From: Candidatus Puniceispirillales bacterium
GTDB taxonomy: Bacteria; Pseudomonadota; Alphaproteobacteria; Puniceispirillales; GCA-002684695
Direction of reading: 5' to 3'
Length of the DNA stretch: 64,000 nt
NCBI GenBank assembly: GCA_045565515.1
Contig: JBJLFF010000031.1
Location: 15,972 to 79,971 of the forward strand
In this document: positions 45,769-54,850 of the stretch, piece after piece
How positions within the stretch are numbered: the first letter of the stretch is position 1
Layout of the letters: each line of letters opens with the position of its first letter
Program-made: the position numbers and the translations under genes
The notes under the pieces: generated by a model
What the model saw: only the letters and a program-made list of their open reading frames with translations
Told to the model about the DNA's origin: nothing
Databases searched by the model: none

Positions 45769-46467
45769 ATGTTTGATAATGAAATTCTTAAACTTAAAAA
45801 TAAAATAGGGAAGCAAGAAAAAATATTATTATTAGATCATCCTATTAATAATAAGAAACCTCTATCTTTAATTGAAAAAAAAGTTATCTTTTTTTCATCA
45901 TTTTTAATGTTAATATCTCTACTTGTTGTTCTTATAGAATTATTTAAATTTAATGATAGTAAGTTTACTGATATTACTGAAACTAAATATACACAAAATA
46001 AAGCTGAAGAAAAAAAAATAAAAAATCAAATTAATCTTAACAAAATCTATCAAAAATTAAGTGTCTCTAAAAAAATAACTCAAATTGCTCAACAACAGAA
46101 ATCTCAAGATATTTTACATAATAATCTTATCAGTCAAATTTATTTACAAAAGGTTGTTTCTTTAAATACAGAAATACAAAGTTTAAAACAAATAATAAAT
46201 AAAATTAAAAATGAAAAAAGAGAAATTCTTGATGAGTACAATATTCTTAGTACAAAAAATATACTTTTGAATAGAACATCAAAAAAAGAAATAGTAAGAC
46301 TTGAAGAAAATTTAGCTGCATTAAGTTCAAAAACTAAAATACAAAATCACAAATTATCTACAGCACTTTCAATGATTGATAATCTACAATTAGAAAGAAT
46401 AAATTTATTATCCAAACTGAATCTACCTAATCAAAATGAAAAAAAATTAGCTAAATTTAAACAATAA
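45769..46467 (+). CDS. hypothetical membrane-anchored coiled-coil protein
   Basis: One hydrophobic helix (VIFFSSFLMLISLLVVLIELF), then about 170 aa of K/Q/N/L-rich heptad-like sequence. Confidence 0.5.
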   Translation: MFDNEILKLKNKIGKQEKILLLDHPINNKKPLSLIEKKVIFFSSFLMLISLLVVLIELFKFNDSKFTDITETKYTQNKAEEKKIKNQINLNKIYQKLSVSKKITQIAQQQKSQDILHNNLISQIYLQKVVSLNTEIQSLKQIINKIKNEKREILDEYNILSTKNILLNRTSKKEIVRLEENLAALSSKTKIQNHKLSTALSMIDNLQLERINLLSKLNLPNQNEKKLAKFKQ

Positions 46468-46473
46468 TTTAAG

Positions 46474-47397
46474 TTATTCTCTTAATATTTTTGGTGCATA
46501 AGAATTTTGATTGTGTTCTCTCATAAAAACATAAACCCCACATAGCATTATTATGAAAACACCGATAACAGTAAAAAAATCTGGGATGTCTTGAAATACA
46601 AAGTATCCTAATATAGCAGCGGACACTATTTCTAAATATAGAATGGGAGCTATGGTTGAAGCGGGGCTATATTTAAGACCGTATACCACAAATAAATGAG
46701 AAATAGTAGCTGTCACTCCGACTGCTAAAAGTAAAATAAATGAATTTATAGTAGGCCAGACCAAAGAAAGAGGCTTAAAAGATGAATCATCAAATATTAA
46801 CAGTAATGGGAAAATAATTATTACAGCACTAGTGCCAGTAAAAGCTTGAAGTGTTACAGGATGGATATTCTTAGTCATATGTTTAGTAATAATCATGTAA
46901 AATGAATAAGTAATAGCAGTGCCCAGAGGATATAATGCAACGAACCCAAATAATGCAAAGCTTGGTTTTAAAATTAACATAGAGCCTGAAAAACCAATCA
47001 AACAAGCTAAAATTCTCCTCCAACCTACTTTCTCATTTAATACGAAATAGCTTAAAAATGTCATGAAAAATGGATTTACAAGAAATATTGCAATAGCATC
47101 TGCCATTGGCATAAATTTTATTGCACCAAAAAAAAGTGAGGTTGCGATTAGAATAAATAAGGCTCTTATGAAGTGCAGAAAGGTCTCTTTTAAACTGGGT
47201 AAATATAAAACTTTTAGATATATGGCAATTGGTATAATTATTAAAGATTGAACTAGAAATCTTGAAAATGAAATTTGTCCAATAGGAATTTCATTTGATG
47301 CTAACTTAGCAAATGTATCCATTACTGGACCTAGTATAGTAAAACCAATAACTAGTAATATCCCAAATAATGGGTAATTATTTTCTTTGTTGTTCAT
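46474..47397 (-). CDS. EamA/DMT-family transporter
   Basis: About 10 hydrophobic helices in two repeated halves; 307 aa. Confidence 0.8.
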   Translation of the reverse strand: MNNKENNYPLFGILLVIGFTILGPVMDTFAKLASNEIPIGQISFSRFLVQSLIIIPIAIYLKVLYLPSLKETFLHFIRALFILIATSLFFGAIKFMPMADAIAIFLVNPFFMTFLSYFVLNEKVGWRRILACLIGFSGSMLILKPSFALFGFVALYPLGTAITYSFYMIITKHMTKNIHPVTLQAFTGTSAVIIIFPLLLIFDDSSFKPLSLVWPTINSFILLLAVGVTATISHLFVVYGLKYSPASTIAPILYLEIVSAAILGYFVFQDIPDFFTVIGVFIIMLCGVYVFMREHNQNSYAPKILRE

Positions 47398-47413
47398 TCA
47401 GTAAAGATATTTA

Positions 47414-48046
47414 TCAGTTAATTTCACTATTTTGCCTAAGACCAATAGAAAGCCTACCATCACTAATGTTATTTACAAAATGAATAGGTCTATTAAAGAC
47501 ATTATTGATCACTTTAAAACCAGTAGCAGGTAAAATTAAGATATTTCCTGGCCTGTCATCTAAAATCTTTGCATTTATACCATCTCTATCCTCACATACG
47601 CAAAAATTAGATCTTCCTGATAGTGTAATTATTATGATTACAGAAATATATTTTTTATGATCTTTATGAGGTGAAATTCCAACTGAGCCTGAAACATATC
47701 TTTGCATGGCAATATCATTGAATTTAGGACTTTTAATTGGTGGCTCATCAAGTGAATTTATAGCCTCTAAAAATAAACTTTCTATAGATGTTGCTAGCGT
47801 ATCAATTGCACCATCTCTGGGAGCTGGAAAACAAACTTCAAAATCTTGTGTTACAGAATTTCCTACTAAAGTTTTAGCCTTTCTGAAATGTAAATTTGAT
47901 GCTTGCTCAATTAACTTAAAAATAAAAGGTTTAGAAATAAATGGTATGGATATATGGTCACTTTTTCCTTGATTAATATTAAGCAAGCCCTTCATAAGTT
48001 TGTTAACAGAGCTTTTATTTAAGAATAATTTTTTGTTATCTAACAT
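47414..48046 (-). CDS. hypothetical protein, possibly a 2OG-Fe(II)-oxygenase fold
   Basis: HxD (ISPHKDH), a later His (PIHFV) and a terminal RLSIGLR (RxS-like) in the order expected for the double-stranded beta-helix oxygenases. Weak, by eye only. Confidence 0.4.
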   Translation of the reverse strand: MLDNKKLFLNKSSVNKLMKGLLNINQGKSDHISIPFISKPFIFKLIEQASNLHFRKAKTLVGNSVTQDFEVCFPAPRDGAIDTLATSIESLFLEAINSLDEPPIKSPKFNDIAMQRYVSGSVGISPHKDHKKYISVIIIITLSGRSNFCVCEDRDGINAKILDDRPGNILILPATGFKVINNVFNRPIHFVNNISDGRLSIGLRQNSEIN

Positions 48047-48138
48047 TAGGCCAGATTTTAAATAGATAATTGTTTAAACGCAATTACTAAGATTTATTAT
48101 ATTTTGTATTGATTTGGCATATTTAGTTTAAATACAAA

Positions 48139-48684
48139 TTATTTTAATAATCTATAAATAGTTGACTTACCAAGAGCCAACTTTAGAGATATTTGACCTA
48201 CACTCAATCCTTCTAAAAACAATTTTTTAACATTCTGTATGACCGTATTATCTATCGGTTTTCTTCCAAATTTAACTCCGTTTTCTTTAGCTTTTTGGAC
48301 TCCAATAAGTTGTCTTTCTAGCCTAAGATCCATTTCAAACTCAGAAAATAAAGTAATCATGGAATAGAAATCAAGATCTTTCGATGAAGAAATTAGGCCT
48401 TGGCTTATTATAATTAAACTTACATCTTTTTCTTCAAGGGTATTTTTTATTTGAACAAGATGACTAATGCTTTTTGCAATATGGCTTAACCTTGTTACTA
48501 CTAACTTGTCTCTTGAATTAAGTGAGTTAATGCAATCGCTTAATACTGGTCTTTCTTCATCTAAACCAGACCTTCTTTCTTTAAAAATTGAATCAATTTT
48601 TAATCCATAATCCAATAGAGAATCAATTTGACTTTCAATGGATTCTCTTGAATGACCTTTTCTAGCATAGCCTACAAAATTCAT
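48139..48684 (-). CDS. serine recombinase (resolvase/invertase family), divergent catalytic N-terminus
   Basis: Resolvase layout: GYAR...S...Q, SG..ERP, DKLVVTRL, FEMDLRLERQ, GRKP, and a C-terminal HTH (GKSTIYRLLK); 181 aa. The usual YxRVSTxxQ motif is replaced by YARKGHSRESIESQ. Confidence 0.75.
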   Translation of the reverse strand: MNFVGYARKGHSRESIESQIDSLLDYGLKIDSIFKERRSGLDEERPVLSDCINSLNSRDKLVVTRLSHIAKSISHLVQIKNTLEEKDVSLIIISQGLISSSKDLDFYSMITLFSEFEMDLRLERQLIGVQKAKENGVKFGRKPIDNTVIQNVKKLFLEGLSVGQISLKLALGKSTIYRLLK

Positions 48685-48755
48685 ATTCTTTAAAACCCTT
48701 AGTATTTTAGAGACTAACTATATATACGTAATATATTATATAAATATTAATGATT

Positions 48756-49208
48756 TTAAAAATAACTAAACATAGTTAATCTATTCAGGCTAATTATTTG
48801 AACTATCATCCATATCAAGCAAGCTAAAGAAATTAAGTATGAGATGAATTTAATCCAAATCAATTCAAAAATAAAACTTTGTGTATGTATTATTTTTGAT
48901 ATTAACCATAATAATGCTCCAGTTTGAAGAGGAATGCCCATTGTTATTCCTAATATAGATAAACATAAGAAGATAGAATAGGTTTCTTTATAACTATGAA
49001 ACGCAGAATTGTAATTTTCTAGAAACGTAGATTTATAGCTTAAATTTTGATAATTAGTTATAAGATTTAATATTGAAATATTATTATTTTTGAACAAATA
49101 AAAATAGGGTATTGAAGATAATAAAAAAAAATATCCGATGCTGAAAAGCAATGTTAGTAATGTGTCAGGCATATTGTGTCCTATTGAAAATACAAAATTA
49201 ATCACCAT
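48756..49208 (-). CDS. hypothetical multi-pass membrane protein
   Basis: 150 aa with 4-5 hydrophobic segments; no motif. An alternative start is at 49172. Confidence 0.45.
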   Translation of the reverse strand: MVINFVFSIGHNMPDTLLTLLFSIGYFFLLSSIPYFYLFKNNNISILNLITNYQNLSYKSTFLENYNSAFHSYKETYSIFLCLSILGITMGIPLQTGALLWLISKIIHTQSFIFELIWIKFISYLISLACLIWMIVQIISLNRLTMFSYF

Positions 49209-49233
49209 ATATATAGTATCGTTAGGAGGGTTT

Positions 49234-49395
49234 ATGAATTATTTTTTAAATCTCAACCCAATTATTATACTTATATTATTAGTGTTGGGCTATTTATCAT
49301 TTTCAGTAATTGTTTCATCCAATCAAATTGAAAGTTATGAACACTTTAATAATTTTTTCTGTTCTGGATGGGCTGGCGAGTGCACAATCAAATAA
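49234..49395 (+). CDS. hypothetical small membrane peptide (53 aa)
   Basis: Canonical AGGAGG (49224-49229) 4 nt before the ATG; one hydrophobic helix; C-terminal CSGWAGEC. Confidence 0.45.
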   Translation: MNYFLNLNPIIILILLVLGYLSFSVIVSSNQIESYEHFNNFFCSGWAGECTIK

Positions 49396-49466
49396 ACACA
49401 TTTAAATTTCTTCAAAACTCTAGATAAATTTTAAAATTCAAGTAATTATTAGTTAATAATTACATA

Positions 49467-50585
49467 ATGAAAGTTTATTTAATGAATATTAAGAATGTTT
49501 TTATAGCTAAAGATGGTTTAGAAATTGAATTTCAAAATGGAACAAAAGATACATTCCCTTTTTTATGGTTGAGAGACCACTGTAAGGATGAAGAAAATTG
49601 GGATGATAGAAGTAATCAAAGAAAGCTATTTACTGCGTTACTCGACCCAAAAATTTCAATAAGTCATGTAAAAATTGTTGAAAGTAAAAAACAACTTGAA
49701 ACTAAATGGCCGGATATGGATAATTCTGTTTTATACTCTGGAGAATTTTTATTTAATAACTCATTAACTAAAAATCTATTAAAGTCCAGTCAACTGGTTT
49801 GGGATAAGAAAGATATTTCGAAATATTCAATTGATATTGAATATGACTCTTTAAAACAAAAAAAAGGCTTTCAAAAATTATTACAAGTCATTAAAACTCA
49901 TGGATTTTCAGTAATAAACAATTGTCCAAAAGATATAAAAAGTGTTGAGTTTATAGCTAATAAAATAGGCTATGTCCGAAATTCAATTTTTGGTGGTTTA
50001 TGGAGTTTTGAATCTAATTCAGACATGGCTGATAGCGCTTACACACAAGAAGAACTTAGACCTCATACGGATGGAACATATAATAACGACGCACCAGGTT
50101 TACAACTGCTTTTGTGTTGTGATTATGACGCAGAGGGTGGTGAATCAATCATGGTTGACGGTTTCAAAATAGCAGAATTAATAAATAAATCAGAAAAAGA
50201 TGTATTTAACGTACTATCGGAAGTGGAAATTCCTGGTAGATATTTTGGCGATGGAGTTGAATTAATTGCGAAGCGCCCTGTATTTAGACTGAATAAAGAA
50301 AATGAAATTACTCAAGTTAGTTTTAATAACTATGATAGAGCAGATTTTAGGCTCCCCAATAATGAAATTAATCGTTTTTATAGTTCAATTAGTACTTTTG
50401 ATAAACTTGCAAATGATAAATCAATGCAATGGAGAAAAATATTAAAGCCAGGTCAACTTTTGATCTTTAATAACTGGCGAATTCTTCATGGAAGGAGCGA
50501 ATTTAAAGGTAAAAGGAGGATGTCAGGTTGCTATATAAACAAAGAAGATTTTGAAAGTGCGTGCATGATGCATAGCGTTAATTAA
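49467..50585 (+). CDS. gamma-butyrobetaine-hydroxylase-like TauD-family 2OG dioxygenase with N-terminal DUF971
   Basis: FPFLWLRDHC in the N-domain; the catalytic domain has RPHTDGTY (HxD) and NWRILHGR. The start may be 49482. Confidence 0.8.
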   Translation: MKVYLMNIKNVFIAKDGLEIEFQNGTKDTFPFLWLRDHCKDEENWDDRSNQRKLFTALLDPKISISHVKIVESKKQLETKWPDMDNSVLYSGEFLFNNSLTKNLLKSSQLVWDKKDISKYSIDIEYDSLKQKKGFQKLLQVIKTHGFSVINNCPKDIKSVEFIANKIGYVRNSIFGGLWSFESNSDMADSAYTQEELRPHTDGTYNNDAPGLQLLLCCDYDAEGGESIMVDGFKIAELINKSEKDVFNVLSEVEIPGRYFGDGVELIAKRPVFRLNKENEITQVSFNNYDRADFRLPNNEINRFYSSISTFDKLANDKSMQWRKILKPGQLLIFNNWRILHGRSEFKGKRRMSGCYINKEDFESACMMHSVN

Positions 50586-50608
50586 AAGTTTACATAATAT
50601 AACAAATA

Positions 50609-51952
50609 TTATATTTTCAAACTAAGTGAAGTTTTAGTATATATAACAGATAAAATACCAGAAATTACGTTAGATATCATAATTCCAAAAAGTATGCCTG
50701 TTAATCCGTAATAATAATTTCCTATTAATACTAATGGAACTGTAATAATAAATAATCTAGATAAGAATATAAGCATCGCAATAAATGGTTTTTGATACCC
50801 GTTAAATGCAGAGCTCGCTATATTTGACCAACCCCAAAATATATAACTCAAAGATATTATTTTTAAATAATCAATCAAATATATTTGAACTGAAGCATTA
50901 TATGAGAATAAATTGGAAAAATCATTACTAAATATTAATAATGGAAGTGCAATTAAAATACCCCAGACACCACTAAGCACAAAAGAATAATTAATAGCAA
51001 TTCTTATTCTATCAAGTTTATTGGCTCCAAGGTTTTGTCCAATAAATGGTGTAAGTGATGACGATATTGCAACTATACCAACAGTTGCTAATGATTCAAT
51101 TCTTAACCCAACTCCAAATGCTGCCACTGCTTCTGAGCCATGAGTTGACACTATCTTTGTTATGTAACCTAATACAATTGGGCTAAGCATCATCGTGAAG
51201 GCTGCGGGTAGGCCTATGATAAGAATAGGAAAACAAAATTTAAAAAAAGAATTTATATCTCTACTTGGTATTGATAGGAGGTTTTCATTTTTAATTACAG
51301 TAACCATAATATTCATACCAACTATATAAGATATTGTAGTTGCTATTGCTGCACCTTTTATTCCCATTGGATCAATCGGTCCAAATCCAAAGATAAAAAT
51401 TGGATCTAAAATAGCATTAATAAAAGAAGTAACTATAATTATTAAGCTAGGCTTTAAACTATCTCCGTTTGCTCTTAAAATTGAATTCCCAATTACAAGG
51501 CATGCAAAGAATGGCGAGCCAATATACCAGGTTGACATGTAAGTATTAATTAATTCAAGGGTCTCACCCTCAGCACCAAATAAAATAAAAATATGATTGT
51601 TAAAAAGAAAACAAAAAAAAGATACGACACACATTAGTAAAAAAATTAATATGAAAATATTCGTGACGGTCTTTTTTGTTTTATATATATCACCCTGACC
51701 AATAAATTTAGAAATTATTGCAGAAGATCCAATCGCTATTCCAATATTAAAGCTCATTAAAGTAAATAGAACAGGAAAAGCAAAAGATATTGCTGATAGC
51801 TCAATGACACCAAGCTTCCCTATATAATATGCATCAATTAAATTAATAATTAGTAATGCTGTCATTCCAATAGACATTGGAATAATTAGAGAAAGCAATA
51901 CTTTCAAAATATCGCCATTAATAATATAATCAGATCTTTTTTTTGTGCTCAT
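50609..51952 (-). CDS. MATE-family efflux transporter
   Basis: 447 aa, about 12 helices, two-fold internal repeat typical of MATE/NorM proteins. Confidence 0.8.
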   Translation of the reverse strand: MSTKKRSDYIINGDILKVLLSLIIPMSIGMTALLIINLIDAYYIGKLGVIELSAISFAFPVLFTLMSFNIGIAIGSSAIISKFIGQGDIYKTKKTVTNIFILIFLLMCVVSFFCFLFNNHIFILFGAEGETLELINTYMSTWYIGSPFFACLVIGNSILRANGDSLKPSLIIIVTSFINAILDPIFIFGFGPIDPMGIKGAAIATTISYIVGMNIMVTVIKNENLLSIPSRDINSFFKFCFPILIIGLPAAFTMMLSPIVLGYITKIVSTHGSEAVAAFGVGLRIESLATVGIVAISSSLTPFIGQNLGANKLDRIRIAINYSFVLSGVWGILIALPLLIFSNDFSNLFSYNASVQIYLIDYLKIISLSYIFWGWSNIASSAFNGYQKPFIAMLIFLSRLFIITVPLVLIGNYYYGLTGILFGIMISNVISGILSVIYTKTSLSLKI

Positions 51953-52033
51953 TATGTAAAAATCAAAAAAGCAAGTTGGAAAGCATTAAAATATACCTTA
52001 AAATAGAAAAAGTTATGATACAGAAATATCTAT

Positions 52034-53440
52034 ATGGAATTATATAAACAATCTGCAGTAGATACTATCAAATTATTGAAATCAGAAGAAATTACACCAT
52101 TAGATTGTCTTGATGAATTGTCAAAGAGAATTCAGGATGTAGATAAAAGCATAAATGCACTTCCAACACTATGCTTTGAAAGAGCCTACAAAAAGGCTAA
52201 ACAATTAATGCAAAAAAAAATTGATGATAGAGGGCTTCTTTCTGGGATGCCAGTTACTATTAAAGATTTAAATGATGTATCAGGGGTAAGATGCACAAGT
52301 GGTTCACCAATCTTTAAGGATAGAGTAGCTGAAAAATCAGATATATTAGTTGAAAATATTGAGGAAAAGGGTGGCATTGTTTACGCAATGTCTAATACAC
52401 CAGAATTTGGAGCTGGAGCAAATACATTTAATGAGGTATTTGGGCAAACACTAAATCCATGGAACATAAGAAAATCAGTTGCAGGTTCATCTGGAGGTGC
52501 TGCTGCCGCCTTGGCAACTGGAATGGCATGGCTTGCACATGGATCAGATTTTGGAGGAAGTTTAAGAAACCCTGCAAGTTTTTGTTCAGTTGTAGGTATG
52601 AGGCCATCCCCAGGAAGGGTTGCAAGCAATCCTTCAGGAATTCTTAGTCAAACATTAGGAGTTAATGGTCCAATGGCAAGGAATGTTTTAGATCTTGCAT
52701 TATTCTTTGATGCTATGATTGGAGAAAAGACTAAAGACCCCATCTCTATTCCAATACCAAATAGATCATTTCTATCATATGCTCAAGAACGAAAAAAACC
52801 AGTTAAAGTTGCGATTAGTCAAGACTTAGGTTTGCCACCTGTTGACCCAGTTATAAGGGAAAAAATATTAAAAATAGGTAAAATTCTTGAAAAACAAGGA
52901 ATTATTGTCGAAGAAGCCAACCCCAATCTATCTCAGGCTCCATTTGTTTCAAGGACATTAAGAGCATTTTCATTTTACGTAAACTTTAAATCACAATATA
53001 TTAAAAATAAAGATAAACTTAAACCAGAAATTATTTGGAATATTGATGAAGGTAAAGCATTAACAATAGATGATCTTGAAAAGGCACAAAATAGTAGGGT
53101 TGATTTATTTAATGAGATGCAGAACTTCTTTGATGGTTATGATTTACTTTTATGCCCTTCAACAATAATGCCTCCATTCCCTGTTGAAGAGAGATATCCT
53201 AAAAGCTGCGATGGTGTCGAATTTTCCAATTATATAGAATGGTTAAATATTGTATCTGCAGTTACATTAACTGGCTCTCCAGCATTGTCTCTTCCATGTG
53301 GTTTTACTCCTAATGGCCTACCTATCGGTTTGCAAATAATATCAAAATTTAAAAGTGAAGCTAATTTACTTTCAAATGCTGCCTTTATAGAGGAGAACAT
53401 TGGTTTTAAAAATCCAATCCCAATTAATCCTTTAATTTAA
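52034..53440 (+). CDS. amidase-signature family amidase
   Basis: AGSSGGAAAALATG signature, upstream TIKDL Lys; 468 aa. Confidence 0.85.
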   Translation: MELYKQSAVDTIKLLKSEEITPLDCLDELSKRIQDVDKSINALPTLCFERAYKKAKQLMQKKIDDRGLLSGMPVTIKDLNDVSGVRCTSGSPIFKDRVAEKSDILVENIEEKGGIVYAMSNTPEFGAGANTFNEVFGQTLNPWNIRKSVAGSSGGAAAALATGMAWLAHGSDFGGSLRNPASFCSVVGMRPSPGRVASNPSGILSQTLGVNGPMARNVLDLALFFDAMIGEKTKDPISIPIPNRSFLSYAQERKKPVKVAISQDLGLPPVDPVIREKILKIGKILEKQGIIVEEANPNLSQAPFVSRTLRAFSFYVNFKSQYIKNKDKLKPEIIWNIDEGKALTIDDLEKAQNSRVDLFNEMQNFFDGYDLLLCPSTIMPPFPVEERYPKSCDGVEFSNYIEWLNIVSAVTLTGSPALSLPCGFTPNGLPIGLQIISKFKSEANLLSNAAFIEENIGFKNPIPINPLI

Positions 53441-54422
53441 TTTTTCCATCCCAGTAAAATTGAAATAAAAGTGTTTTTTGAAAAGCGTTAAAATTATCAT
53501 CAGATAAAATAAAAATATCAAAGCCACCACCTTCAAGTTCTAAAATCGATATTCCCTCAAAATTATCAACAACCATTGGTGGTGCGATTATATCAATTTG
53601 AATTGGAAATATTATTTTTTCATAAAGAATGTCTTCATATTTAATTAATGATATTCTTGCTGCAGCACCCTTTATAGGTGAGTAACTTCTTTCTAATAAA
53701 ATAATGTCTCCTGATGGAAGAGCTGATAAATCAGTTGGCTTAAATGAGCCACTTCTATTAATAAAAACTTTTTTTAGTTTATTATTCTTAAGTATAAAGC
53801 CCATTAATTTATCATCTGATGTAACTAAATCTTCAGATAGTAAAAATAAGGAATTATCTTTCAAACTGGCCATAGCTTCGATCCCTCCATTGTTTGGAAG
53901 ATCTAAAAGCCTTAATTTATCGTAAAATATATAAGGTTTCTTATTAATTTGGTTATAAAGTAGTATTCTATGATTTCTTTCAAAACTAACTATTAATTTT
54001 TCATCATATATTTCTATAGCTTCAGCGTCAGTGAAGGATTTTCCTAATCTTACTAAATAATTATCATTTTCATTTTTTAAATATCCTAATTTTGCACCAG
54101 AAATAGAATTAATTTTATTTTTATTATCTAAATTGAGTTTTCCTGTTACCCATATTCCTTGGTCACCAATTGCATGGAAACTATAATTATTATTTATTAT
54201 TAGACCAGATAACCCACCAAAATCTGGGTGGTTTGCATTTATTTCTAGACCAGAAATATACTTAAGATTTCTTAATCTAGGTAGTTGATTAGAATTGTCA
54301 GTAAATAACTCTACTACAGAGCTTTTTATATTTGTTAAATTCTTGGTTTCATACCCGAGCGAATAGTTGCTTATGCACAATATTAAAATAATAATAAAGT
54401 AAAACTTATTTTTCATATTCAA
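53424..54422 (-). CDS. secreted esterase-like-activity-of-phytase (beta-propeller) family protein
   Basis: Signal peptide, DFGGLSGL motif, and repeated beta-strand-rich sequence. Its 3' end overlaps the convergent amidase by 17 nt. Confidence 0.65.
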   Translation of the reverse strand: MNMKNKFYFIIILILCISNYSLGYETKNLTNIKSSVVELFTDNSNQLPRLRNLKYISGLEINANHPDFGGLSGLIINNNYSFHAIGDQGIWVTGKLNLDNKNKINSISGAKLGYLKNENDNYLVRLGKSFTDAEAIEIYDEKLIVSFERNHRILLYNQINKKPYIFYDKLRLLDLPNNGGIEAMASLKDNSLFLLSEDLVTSDDKLMGFILKNNKLKKVFINRSGSFKPTDLSALPSGDIILLERSYSPIKGAAARISLIKYEDILYEKIIFPIQIDIIAPPMVVDNFEGISILELEGGGFDIFILSDDNFNAFQKTLLFQFYWDGKIKLKD

Positions 54423-54499
54423 ATCGTAATTTTATAAATTATATTATATTATATCATTAATCTTAAAATTATATCTTCTTAAAATAAATATATAGAAAA

Positions 54500-54850
54500 A
54501 TGGAATTGATATTTTGTTACAATGCTGAAAAAGGCAAATTAAATAGTTTTTTGGATTTCATTCACAAAACTGTTTCTCCAAAAACCTATTCATGTAACTT
54601 ATGTGCAATTACTCACAATTTTAAAAAAACAAAAAAATGGGAATCATTTATTCAAAACTTTCACTTGAGGATCAAATTTTATTATAAAAGTGATTTAGAA
54701 AAATATAGTTTAACAAATTTTAAACATCAGCTTCCTTGTTGTTTGATTAAAAAAGAGGATAATTTTAGCCTCCTAATTGATAAAGATACTTTGAATTCTT
54801 TGAAAGATGATGCTCAGTTAATTGAAATGATAGAAACAAAACTAAATTAA
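54500..54850 (+). CDS. conserved-looking small cysteine-motif protein of unknown function
   Basis: 116 aa with YSCNLCAITH and LPCC motifs; its stop overlaps the trmL start (TAATG). Confidence 0.55.
   Translation: MELIFCYNAEKGKLNSFLDFIHKTVSPKTYSCNLCAITHNFKKTKKWESFIQNFHLRIKFYYKSDLEKYSLTNFKHQLPCCLIKKEDNFSLLIDKDTLNSLKDDAQLIEMIETKLN

Noticed and set aside
12481-54000. Classical tRNA-integrated genomic island or prophage
   Set aside because: There is no tyrosine integrase next to the tRNA, no phage structural genes, and I saw no direct repeat of the tRNA 3' end. The only recombinase is a small serine type 36 kb away.
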